A stretch of 32,000 nucleotides of DNA from Candidatus Atelocyanobacterium thalassa isolate ALOHA (GCF_000025125.1 NC_013771.1:360001-392000); one strand, 5' to 3'; shown: positions 10,438 through 19,274, counted from the stretch's first letter. Numbers and translations are program-made. The notes: generated by a model from the letters alone, not told the origin.

Positions 10438-11031
10438 TTAACTCAGCTCTTGTCGGCCAGCCAAAGCTCTCGCTAAAGTTATTTCATCTGTATATTCTAA
10501 GTCTCCACCTACTGGTAAACCAAAAGCAATACGTGTAACTTTTGTGAAAGCTTTTAGTACCTGACAAAGGTATAGAGTCATAGTTTCTCCTTCAACTGTT
10601 GGACTAATTGCTAGGATTACTTCTTTTATATTTTCCTGAGATACACGCCTTACTAATGGCTCAACGTTAAGTTGCTCTGGACCAATACCATCTATAGGAG
10701 ACATGATTCCTCCTAGTACATGGTACATTCCTTTATATTCTCTAGTTTTTTCTAGAGCGATAACATCTCGAGAATCAGCTACGACACATATAAGATTTGA
10801 ATCTCTATTCGTATTACTACAAATCTCACAGATAGGTTTTTCTGAGAAATGAAAACATTTTGTACATAAACCTGTACGTTGTTTTGCATTTATTAAAGCT
10901 TTAGCAAAGGCTTGAACTTCAGACTCGGGTAGTTTAAGAATATAAAAAGCTAATCTTTGTGCTGATTTAGGACCAATTCCTGGCAAGCGTTGCAATTTTT
11001 CAATTAAACGGGCTAGAGGAGGTGTGAAAAT
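10438..11031 (-). CDS. recR: Recombination protein RecR (probable non-canonical ATT start; the track ORF begins at TTG 10995)
   Basis: [20 protein letters not shown] (helix-hairpin-helix), the C4 zinc finger [16 protein letters not shown], and a Toprim region [12 protein letters not shown] ... GGDLEY. The conserved RecR N-terminus [11 protein letters not shown] is encoded in frame upstream of the TTG. Confidence 0.9.
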   Translation of the reverse strand: MFTPPLARLIEKLQRLPGIGPKSAQRLAFYILKLPESEVQAFAKALINAKQRTGLCTKCFHFSEKPICEICSNTNRDSNLICVVADSRDVIALEKTREYKGMYHVLGGIMSPIDGIGPEQLNVEPLVRRVSQENIKEVILAISPTVEGETMTLYLCQVLKAFTKVTRIAFGLPVGGDLEYTDEITLARALAGRQELS

Positions 11032-11040
11032 AAGAAACTA

Positions 11041-11045
11041 CTCCT
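11041..11045 (-). promoter_or_regulatory. Shine-Dalgarno AGGAG upstream of the proposed recR ATT start
   Basis: The minus strand reads AAGTTAGGAG TAG TTT CTT ATT TTC ACA CCT CCT. AGGAG ends 9 nt before ATT (11031-11029) and 6 nt before CTT. Confidence 0.5.
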
Positions 11046-11115
11046 AACTTAATAAAGTACATATAATGCTGAAACAGCTAAAAATACAATTAAACTACTA
11101 TAAATTATTATTTTA

Positions 11116-11868
11116 CTAATTTAATTTTTTAATTTTATCAGTTTTAATATCTAATTTTGCATTTTCTTTTGTATGCTGATTTTCATCATTAATTAATTTA
11201 ATGGGCCTTTTATAACGAGGTATTTTTTGTGTTGGTGCTTCAAGGTCTTTATCCCATCCCCAACAATTTCGTGAAGGAATAAATTTAAAAATTCCTTGAA
11301 TAAACCAACGAGAAGGCATACTATCTTTTGATATTTTAGGATTAAATCTAAAAGGTATTGCTTCATCTTGACGTCTCATCAAAACTGGAAGATGAGATGC
11401 TTTGAATTTTCCCTTAGGATCATTAGCATTTTGGTTTCGGTATACGGAAATAACTGGAGTTCTAATTTGTGGAACAAATTGCCAAACCCCTCTGAATTTA
11501 AACATTCCTGACTCTTCTCCCCAAGAATTTTGCTCTTCCCAAGCAGCAACTTGAAAATAAATTTGGGGTTCTTTTCGAGGTATCATCAAGAACTTGGGAT
11601 AAACACGCAAAAATAGAGTTTGATCAGGATTAGAAGATATTTGCTTAAGCCAAGCTTGATACTTATAGCCAGTAACAAATAACTTATAACATTTTTCTCC
11701 TAAACGAATAAAAAAATGACCTTCTTCATCTTGTTCAGGCCTCCCTTTAAGGGTTCCAATAGCTTGAAAAAGGATAGGATTTTCTTTGACTTCAAGTTCA
11801 GAAATTGAAGATTCTTTAGATTTAGTAGGTTTTAAGATCCCAGTAACAAGTTCTTCAGGGACGGACAT
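11116..11868 (-). CDS. Conserved hypothetical protein (about 250 aa, Trp- and Lys-rich, no recognised domain)
   Basis: The track ORF starts at TTG 11883, but the ATG at 11868 (MSVPEEL) is more likely. Coding-like composition with non-low-complexity blocks (FKFRGVWQFVPQIRTPVISVYRN, RWFIQGIFKFIPSRNCWGWDKDL). It lies 75 nt upstream of recR on the same strand. Confidence 0.6.
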   Translation of the reverse strand: MSVPEELVTGILKPTKSKESSISELEVKENPILFQAIGTLKGRPEQDEEGHFFIRLGEKCYKLFVTGYKYQAWLKQISSNPDQTLFLRVYPKFLMIPRKEPQIYFQVAAWEEQNSWGEESGMFKFRGVWQFVPQIRTPVISVYRNQNANDPKGKFKASHLPVLMRRQDEAIPFRFNPKISKDSMPSRWFIQGIFKFIPSRNCWGWDKDLEAPTQKIPRYKRPIKLINDENQHTKENAKLDIKTDKIKKLN

Positions 11869-12521
11869 TTTTACGTTTCCCAATAGTTTTTTGTGATTTA
11901 TCTAGCTAAATTTATCTAAATAATAAACTCCTAGATACAATAAGTCTAGGGGTTTTATAGTATAGCCTTTGCCATAATTATTCTACACAAGTCGTTTAAA
12001 AAAGTGTTTTAACTAAAGAATGCATTTAGGTTTAATAAGAATAATTTTTGATTTATTAACAGAAAATATCTAGTATAAGATAAGCACTTTTACAAAAATC
12101 AGTTGCATCTACTTAGTTATAAATATATATTTAAATAGTTTTCTCATTAAATAGTATCCATGATTTAAATAATACTAAAGTTATATAGTATAGTACAGGA
12201 AGCAAATTTTAAAAGATTTATTAACTCTATAATTTTCAATTTTTTTAGGGTAATGATTTTTATTAAAAATTTTTAGGAGCTAATTTAATTTATAGGCTAA
12301 GTAAAAATAAGAGTTTAAAAAATTTTGCTCTTAGTCTCTAGAATAATTATATCTTTTATAGCTAATATTTAGATATTTATAATAAATATGTAATAAGGTT
12401 ATCTTAAATTTAATACAAAAAATCTTAAAAAGTGTCTAATATAAAATTTGTATATACAGTTTTCTAATTGAACTACCTATTATTGTTCATTACGTTAAAT
12501 TCATTATTTATTAGCTGATAT

Positions 12522-13067
12522 ATGTTTAAGATAAAACTTTTACAGCCTGACTTAGTATTAGGTGACACAGTTCTTGACTTAACACAGGAGATTCTTGATC
12601 AATACGAAATTAAAGGATTAATTTTAGATGTTGATGAAACTTTGGTTCCTCTCACAAAATCCTTCGTTTCAGAAGAACTTAGACATTGGATAGATAATAT
12701 TAAAGCAAAAACTCCTATTTGGTTAGTTAGTAATAATCTTAGTAGAAATCGCATTAGTTATATAGCTAGTACATTAAAATTACCCTATTTATCAGGAGCT
12801 GGTAAACCTTCTAGAAGAAAACTTCGTAAAGCTGTTAGTACTATGGATCTGCCGGTATCACAAATCGCGATGGTGGGTGATCGATTATTTACAGATGTTT
12901 TAGCTGGAAACCGTTTAGGAATGTTTACCATTTTAGTTAATCCTATCCAAATCTCTAAATCTCATCCTATTCAAGATTTAGAGATTTGGATATCAAAAAG
13001 ATTGGGAGTATCTCTTACATCCTCAAAATATAAATTGGTGAAAAAGAATAAAAACATTACAGATTAA
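12522..13067 (+). CDS. YqeG-family HAD-IIIA phosphatase
   Basis: 181 aa. HAD motif I LILDVDETLV, motif II VSNN, motif III GKP, motif IV MVGDRLFTDVLAGNRLGMFTILVNP. This pattern and size match the YqeG subfamily (TIGR01668-type). Confidence 0.8.
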   Translation: MFKIKLLQPDLVLGDTVLDLTQEILDQYEIKGLILDVDETLVPLTKSFVSEELRHWIDNIKAKTPIWLVSNNLSRNRISYIASTLKLPYLSGAGKPSRRKLRKAVSTMDLPVSQIAMVGDRLFTDVLAGNRLGMFTILVNPIQISKSHPIQDLEIWISKRLGVSLTSSKYKLVKKNKNITD

Positions 13068-13231
13068 AGAAAATATCAATTATTAAAACACGAAACAAAT
13101 TTTTGAGATTAATTTCAAAAATCTTAAACTCTTTTGTCATACACTCAGGTTGCACCTCAATAAGGAGCTATAAGATTATCTAAGACTATTTTTAACTTAA
13201 TAATTAACCTTATAAAATTTTTGGCTTAGTA

Positions 13232-14857
13232 ATGAATAATAATATTTTATTTTGTATTGAAAATTTGTCTATCAAGTATCCTGATAATAATACTCGGGCA
13301 GTAAGCAGTATCTCTTTTAACCTGTATGAAGGAGAAAGAATTGGATTGATAGGAGAGTCTGGTTCTGGTAAATCAACTGTAGGAAAAGCTATGTTGAATC
13401 TGTTACCAGAAATGACTACGATAGAAGGCTCTATAAAATTTAATAATCAATCAATTTTTAGTTTAGATTATAAGCAGCTAAGGCATTTGAGAGGAGAACT
13501 AGTCGGTCTGGTTTTTCAAGATCCAATGAATCGTTTTAATCCAATAATGACTATTGGAGAACATTGTGTTGAGACGCTACAAGTCCATAATCATAAATTA
13601 TCTTACAGATCTGCAAAAAAAATTGCTATGGATATGTTGGCAAAAGTAAAAGTTAATTTTTGTTGGAAACAATATCCTCATGAGTTAAGTGGAGGAATGA
13701 GGCAAAGAGTAGCTATAGCTATGGTTTTATTATTAAAACCTAAAATTATAATTGCTGATGAACCAACTACTGCTCTTGATGCTACTGTAGCTAACGAAAT
13801 ATTAGAAGAATTAGTTTCTTTATGTAAAGAACAAAATATGGGATTATTAATGATTTCTCATGACTTAGCTATGGTAGGTAAGTATTGCAATCGTTTAGCA
13901 GTTATGAAGCAAGGCGAAATATTAGAAATTGGGGAAATACCAGATATTTTAAATTATCCTCAACATCATTATACAAAATCACTGTTAAGTATAGCTTTAC
14001 GTACACAAAAACAAGACGACTATACAAACATAAAAGTGGATAAACAAAGTAAAGTATCAATAAAACCTTTATTAAGTATTGAAAACTTAAAACAATACTT
14101 CACTATCCAACAAAGTTTCTTTTTGAAAAAAACACAGATAATTAAAGCTGTAGATAATATTAGCTTTGATATTTTTCCTGGAGATTCCTTAGGATTAATA
14201 GGAGAATCTGGCTGTGGAAAAAGTACTTTGTCCAGAACCATATTACAACTATTAAAAGCCACATCAGGAACTATTAACTTTCAAGGACAAGATCTAACAC
14301 AACTATCTAGAAAAAAGATGCGTTTCCAACGACGTCATTTGCAAATGATTTTTCAAGATCCTCAAGCTTCTTTGAATCCTCTTATGACAATTGGAGAAAG
14401 TATCGCTGAGCCTTTAATTGTCCATGGTTTAGCAACTAACAAAGAAGCAAAAGAGAAGGCATATGAAATGCTCGAAAAGGTAAAATTAAACTTAGCAAGT
14501 AACTACTATGATCGTTATCCTAATGAAATTTCAGGAGGACAGCAACAAAGAGTTGCTATTGCTAGAGCACTTATCATAAAACCTAGTTTAGTTATTTGCG
14601 ACGAACCTGTTAGTATGCTTGATGTCAGTATTCAAGAAGAGATACTTGACTTGATGTCTGAATTAAAAGAAGAGTTCAAATTAACATATCTTTTCATAAC
14701 ACATGATTTATTAGTTGCTCGTTCTTTTTGTAATAAAATAGCTGTCATGAAGCAAGGTAAGATAGTAGAAATAAACGACACTAATAGTATCTTCACATGT
14801 CCTGTACATCCTTATACAGTTAAACTTTTAAAATCTATACCTCTATTATCATTATAA
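13232..14857 (+). CDS. ABC transporter ATP-binding protein with two fused NBDs (Dpp/Opp/Nik-type, YejF-like)
   Basis: 541 aa. NBD1: GESGSGKST, LSGGMRQRV, IIIADEPTTALD. NBD2: GESGCGKST, ISGGQQQRV, LVICDEPVSMLD. No permease or binding-protein gene is adjacent. Confidence 0.9.
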   Translation: MNNNILFCIENLSIKYPDNNTRAVSSISFNLYEGERIGLIGESGSGKSTVGKAMLNLLPEMTTIEGSIKFNNQSIFSLDYKQLRHLRGELVGLVFQDPMNRFNPIMTIGEHCVETLQVHNHKLSYRSAKKIAMDMLAKVKVNFCWKQYPHELSGGMRQRVAIAMVLLLKPKIIIADEPTTALDATVANEILEELVSLCKEQNMGLLMISHDLAMVGKYCNRLAVMKQGEILEIGEIPDILNYPQHHYTKSLLSIALRTQKQDDYTNIKVDKQSKVSIKPLLSIENLKQYFTIQQSFFLKKTQIIKAVDNISFDIFPGDSLGLIGESGCGKSTLSRTILQLLKATSGTINFQGQDLTQLSRKKMRFQRRHLQMIFQDPQASLNPLMTIGESIAEPLIVHGLATNKEAKEKAYEMLEKVKLNLASNYYDRYPNEISGGQQQRVAIARALIIKPSLVICDEPVSMLDVSIQEEILDLMSELKEEFKLTYLFITHDLLVARSFCNKIAVMKQGKIVEINDTNSIFTCPVHPYTVKLLKSIPLLSL

Positions 14858-15082
14858 AAATAATTGACTTTTGGCACTTAAAATATTGATCTTGCCAAGC
14901 AACATATAGTTGCTGTTTATGATAAAAAAAGCAATCAGTATCTTAACAATATTTTTAGATCAAAGTAGATTGTTATTATTTAATGCTAAATTTTTTAAAT
15001 TTATTTTAAACTACACTTTTTCACAATCTTAATGATTTCATGGTTTAGATGTTATTTCAAAGTAACCATAATACATTTTGAA

Positions 15083-15155
15083 AGCCACGTATCGGATTTG
15101 AACCGACGGCCCCATCATTACGAGTGATGTGCTCTACCAACTGAGCTAACGTGGC
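15083..15155 (-). tRNA. trnT: tRNA-Thr (anticodon CGU), 73 nt, CCA not encoded
   Basis: The minus strand reads GCCACGT TA GCTC AGTTGGTA GAGC A CATCA CTCGTAA TGATG GGGCC GTCGG TTCAAAT CCGAT ACGTGGC T. This folds by hand into a perfect 7-bp acceptor stem, 4-bp D stem, 5-bp anticodon stem, GTTCAAATCC T-arm and anticodon CGT. It is a clear local GC-rich island. Confidence 0.9.
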
Positions 15156-15318
15156 TTAAACCATGTAACACTATATCATATTCAAGAAGTTAAGTTACCT
15201 AAGAAATATAGGTATTTATTTGAATAATATAATTTTTAAATTTCAAATAAAAGATTTGAAAATCATTGATAAAAAAATATTATTTAGAATAGATAAAATC
15301 AATTGCTATGTACTAAGC

Positions 15319-15351
15319 ATCTATTGATATATGTCTTATATATCAATAGAT
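15319..15351. repeat. Perfect 14-bp inverted repeat with a 5-nt spacer between minE and tRNA-Thr
   Basis: 15319-15332 (atctattgatatat) is the exact reverse complement of 15338-15351, with loop gtctt. It lies 117 nt downstream of the minE stop and 164 nt upstream of the tRNA 5' end. There is no T-tract on either side. Confidence 0.3.
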
Positions 15352-15467
15352 AAGAACTCAAAGTCCAAAATTATTTTTAATACGATGGAATACCAAGAGA
15401 AGTACCTTTTTTCTAGTAGATAGCTTTATACATTAGTTCAAGTATATTAATTCTTACCATTTATTTT

Positions 15468-15752
15468 TTAACTGACTTTTGTAGTATCTCTTTTTACTCT
15501 ACGAATAGGAAGGTTAGCTATTAATGCCGTCATCCGTTGATCGCTTTCTAAAGAGAATTCCATTTGTTCAGAATCAATATCTACATAACGTTTTACTACT
15601 GCTAGTATATCGGCTCTCATAGCTTCTACCATTTCTGGATTTAGATCAGCACGATCATGAGCTAAAATAAATTTTAGACGATGTTTAGCATCATCTCCAC
15701 TTTTAAGAGAACTTTTCCAAGGAAATATTTTTTCGAGTAAATCAATAATCAT
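15468..15752 (-). CDS. minE: Cell division topological specificity factor MinE
   Basis: 94 aa. AKHRLKFILAHDRADLNPEMVEAMRADILAVVKRYVDID is a typical MinE sequence. It lies 27 nt downstream of minD. Confidence 0.95.
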   Translation of the reverse strand: MIIDLLEKIFPWKSSLKSGDDAKHRLKFILAHDRADLNPEMVEAMRADILAVVKRYVDIDSEQMEFSLESDQRMTALIANLPIRRVKRDTTKVS

Positions 15753-15779
15753 GACTATAATTTAAATATGATAAAACTT

Positions 15780-16577
15780 TTACTTTTTGAAAAAACTAAT
15801 TAAACGACTAAACAAGTTTTCTTCAACTGCCATAAAGTCGAGAAAAGGAATACTTTTTCCATTTAATCGTTCTGCAATATTAACAAAAGCTGTTGCAGGT
15901 AAAGAATGATTTTCCTCTAGTACTAGAGGTTCTCCTTTATTTGTTGAAATAATTATTTTTTCATCATCTGGTACGATGCCTAATAGAGGAACTACCAGTA
16001 AATCTAAAATATCTTCGACTGCAATCATTTGATTAGACTGAATCATTTTGGGTTTAATTCGATTAACTATTAAATGAATTTTTTGAATATCTTCACTTTC
16101 TAAAAGTCCTACCACTCTATCAGCGTCACGAACTGCAGCCATTTCAGGAGTGGTAACTATTACGGCTTCATGTGCAGGAGTAATAGCATTTCGAAAACCC
16201 ATTTCAATACCTGCTGGACAATCAATAAGAATAAAATCAAATTTTTTATCTAGTTCAGCTACTAACTTCTTCATATCATCAGGGCATATAGCCTCCTTGG
16301 TACGATTTTGAGCTGCTGGGAGCAACATTAAATTAGGCTGACGCTTATCTTTGACTAATGCCTTATCAATAGTGCAATGTCCCGCTAAAACATCAACAGC
16401 AGTATAAACTACTCTTTGTTCTAATCCTAAAAGTAAGTCTAAATTTCTTAAACCAAAATCTGCATCAACTAAAACAATTTTAAATCCTAGATAAGCTATT
16501 GCTGATCCTAAATTCGCGGTAATAGTAGTTTTACCAACGCCTCCTTTTCCAGAAGTAATTACAATTACACGACTCAT
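15780..16577 (-). CDS. minD: Septum site-determining ATPase MinD
   Basis: 265 aa. Deviant Walker A VITSGKGGVGKTT, ILIDCPAGIE, and a C-terminal amphipathic helix LFSRLISFFKK. Confidence 0.97.
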   Translation of the reverse strand: MSRVIVITSGKGGVGKTTITANLGSAIAYLGFKIVLVDADFGLRNLDLLLGLEQRVVYTAVDVLAGHCTIDKALVKDKRQPNLMLLPAAQNRTKEAICPDDMKKLVAELDKKFDFILIDCPAGIEMGFRNAITPAHEAVIVTTPEMAAVRDADRVVGLLESEDIQKIHLIVNRIKPKMIQSNQMIAVEDILDLLVVPLLGIVPDDEKIIISTNKGEPLVLEENHSLPATAFVNIAERLNGKSIPFLDFMAVEENLFSRLISFFKK

Positions 16578-16614
16578 GATTAAAAACTCTACTATATAGT
16601 ATGAAATATTTATT

Positions 16615-17430
16615 TTACATGGCTAGGGATTTTTTTTCAGTCCATTTTTCTTTTTTATTAGTAAAAATATGAGTTTTGTTAAAATTAATAGCTGATTTTA
16701 AATGTATACCTTCTTTACTTAAGTAGGCTATTTCTGGTTCTAGTATATCTGGAGTATCAGAAGGAGGTCGAGCAACAGCTACGCCTATTCTGAGTTGTGT
16801 AGGTTGCATCTTGAGAGCCATAACACAAAATTCTGAATCTCCTTGTGCGCCTGCGTGAGCAATGCCTCGCAAACATCCCCATATAATAATGTCACCATCA
16901 GCAATTATTTCTCCTCCTGGATTAACATCTCCTTGAATAATAATTGTTCCCGGATGACGAATAACTGTACCAGAGCGAATAGTTGTTTTCAAATATAGAG
17001 GTTCCTTTAGCCCGCTTTTTTGAGTATTCTCTACAGAACAATCTTGTCTATCAAGAGCTTGCTGCTTAACGGAATAACCTATAGTAGCAGCAGTTACGGC
17101 AGTTTGACGACGACTGGTACAAATACATATTAGTTGTAGTTCTAAAGTATCTAGTATTTTACCTATGCTATTAAATTGCCGACTATCGAGTAAACGATTC
17201 TTTGTTATTAAATGTACTTCTGTGCCAGAATTCCAAGTTCCTTTATGATGCTTTAAACAACATTTAAGATCTTGCAAGTGTTCTATCCAATCTTTATCTT
17301 TGGTATTAGGCTCAATATCCGGTAAAGTTAAATATAGTTTTTCTCCTACTCTTTGCAAATGAACTTGAGAATACGTCGTATTACCAGATCGTTCAGTATT
17401 TGTTTGAGAAGTAATGTTCTTAGAACTCAT
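16615..17430 (-). CDS. minC: Septum site-determining protein MinC
   Basis: 271 aa. The C-terminal beta-helix motif GDVNPGGEIIADGDIIIWGCLRGIAHAGAQGD is diagnostic. It forms a minC-minD-minE operon with 37- and 27-nt gaps. Confidence 0.9.
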   Translation of the reverse strand: MSSKNITSQTNTERSGNTTYSQVHLQRVGEKLYLTLPDIEPNTKDKDWIEHLQDLKCCLKHHKGTWNSGTEVHLITKNRLLDSRQFNSIGKILDTLELQLICICTSRRQTAVTAATIGYSVKQQALDRQDCSVENTQKSGLKEPLYLKTTIRSGTVIRHPGTIIIQGDVNPGGEIIADGDIIIWGCLRGIAHAGAQGDSEFCVMALKMQPTQLRIGVAVARPPSDTPDILEPEIAYLSKEGIHLKSAINFNKTHIFTNKKEKWTEKKSLAM

Positions 17431-17444
17431 ACAATCAACTCTTT

Positions 17445-17488
17445 AAAAAATGATAAGCATCAGCTTATCATTAACTGATGCTTATCAT
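17445..17488 (-). terminator. Rho-independent terminator downstream of gor, ending 14 nt before the minC ATG
   Basis: The minus-strand RNA reads ATGATAAGCATCAG-TTAATGATAAG-CTGATGCTTATCAT followed by TTTTT. 17450-17463 pairs perfectly (14 bp) with 17475-17488, and the T-run is 17449-17445. Confidence 0.7.
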
Positions 17489-17530
17489 GTATGTTTTTTA
17501 AATAATCAATTACCATATCTGGATTATAGA

Positions 17531-18895
17531 CTAACGCATAGTAACAAATTCTTCGGCAGATGTCGGGTGGATTCCGACTGTCGCATCAAAAATTGCTTTA
17601 GTGGCACCTGCATTAATTGCAATAGCTATACCTTGAATGATTTCGGAGGCATAATTACCAACCATATGGGCTCCTATTACGCGATCGCTATCTTTATGAA
17701 CAATTAATTTCATTAAAGTTTTTTCTTCTTTCTCTGGTAAAACATAATACATTGGACGGAATTGACTTTTATAAACTTTTATTCCATTTTCTCCATATTG
17801 TTCACTAGCTTCGAATTCTGTTAGGCCAACAGTAGCAGCTTCCGGATTACTGAAAATTGCAGAAGGAACATTCTCATAATTCATGATTCTTGTACTTTTA
17901 CCAAAATGAGAATCTGCAAACAATCTACCTTCATTAATAGCAACAGGGGTCAAATTGATACGATTAGTACAATCTCCTACTGCATAGATATTGGGTTGAT
18001 TCGTACAATTGTATTGATCAACGACAATAGCTCCTTTATTAATTTCAATATTAATGTTTTCCAACCCTAAGTTATCTAAATTAGGCTTACGTCCAGTTGC
18101 TGCTAACCCGATAGTATCTGCTAAAACAATTTCATTGTTTTTATTACCTTTTGTAGAAATTTTTAAGCCTTGAGGTGTTTTTTCTATACTAGTAACTTCA
18201 GAGTTTTTAAGAATTTGAATATTATTATTCTCCATAGATTGTTGAATAGCTAACCTAAGATCATCATCAAATCCTCGTAGTATTTTATCTCGTCTAATGA
18301 TTTGAATTACTTCTGATCCCAAGCCACGCATAATGCAAGCAAACTCTACACCTATATAACCACCACCCCAAATAACAATACGCTTAGGTTGTTTAGGAAG
18401 ATTAAAAATATCATCAGAAGTAATGGTATGTTCAATACCTGGTATGTTAGGTTTCACAGGATATCCACCAACAGCAATTAAAATTTTATCAGCAGTAACC
18501 TTATCTTTCCCTACTTCTATAGTGTGATTATCAATGAATTTTCCACGACCTTGAAAAATTTTAACTTTTGAAGTGTCTAACATCTTCTGATAGATACCGT
18601 TTAATCTTTTGGTCTCATTTTGGATAGATGTAATCATTTTTGGCCAATCTAAAACGCTAGACACATTACTCCATCCATATCCCTGGGATTCTACAAACGA
18701 CTCAGGAAAATGTGAAGTATAAACCATTAATTTTTTTGGAATACATCCACGATTCACGCATGTTCCGCCTAAACGATCATATTCTGCTAAACCAACTCTC
18801 GCTCCATATCCAGCAGCTCTTCTGGCAGTTGCTATACCTCCTGAACCTGCACCAATAACGAATAAGTCAAAATCATATTTCATAGTGATATTCAT
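17531..18895 (-). CDS. gor: Glutathione-disulfide reductase
   Basis: 454 aa. FAD motif VIGAGSGGIATARRAA, redox-active disulfide GGTCVNRGCIPKK, NADPH-binding GGGYIGVEFA, and the C-terminal HPTSAEEFVTMR characteristic of glutathione reductases. Confidence 0.88.
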   Translation of the reverse strand: MNITMKYDFDLFVIGAGSGGIATARRAAGYGARVGLAEYDRLGGTCVNRGCIPKKLMVYTSHFPESFVESQGYGWSNVSSVLDWPKMITSIQNETKRLNGIYQKMLDTSKVKIFQGRGKFIDNHTIEVGKDKVTADKILIAVGGYPVKPNIPGIEHTITSDDIFNLPKQPKRIVIWGGGYIGVEFACIMRGLGSEVIQIIRRDKILRGFDDDLRLAIQQSMENNNIQILKNSEVTSIEKTPQGLKISTKGNKNNEIVLADTIGLAATGRKPNLDNLGLENINIEINKGAIVVDQYNCTNQPNIYAVGDCTNRINLTPVAINEGRLFADSHFGKSTRIMNYENVPSAIFSNPEAATVGLTEFEASEQYGENGIKVYKSQFRPMYYVLPEKEEKTLMKLIVHKDSDRVIGAHMVGNYASEIIQGIAIAINAGATKAIFDATVGIHPTSAEEFVTMR

Positions 18896-19274
18896 CTCCC
18901 AAAACAGTAGGATGCCTAAAATTTTTTAATATTATTTCTTATTTATTTTATCCTCTGTAGGGAAGATTTCTAACAATTTATTTATACATAGTTACATCCT
19001 TCTGATAAAACTTGAAAAAAGAAAAACTATTACACCAATAAAAAACAAAGTTTTGATTAATATTGAGCAATAAGATTTTCCTTAACTTAAAAAAATACTA
19101 ATATTATTTTTGAATATTAATAATTATATGACAAATATCACTATAAATTATTTCACAAGGTTCGCAAGTATGAACTCTAATACACAAAGTTGTATTTTTT
19201 AAAAAACTAATATAAAAGATAAATAGCGCATCTTATGATCGTAAGTTATACTGTTAATTTCATTAAAAATTGAC

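Noticed and set aside
14020-14262. 80-aa minus-strand ORF
   Set aside because: It lies antisense to the linker and NBD2 Walker A region of the ABC ATPase. Shadow ORF.
17681-17688. HIP1 palindrome GCGATCGC inside gor
   Set aside because: It is real but a single occurrence within coding sequence. It is useful only as a taxonomic hint (HIP1 depletion), not as a feature.
17450-17707. 85-aa plus-strand ORF
   Set aside because: It starts inside the gor terminator hairpin and runs antisense through the gor 3' end. There is no support for coding.
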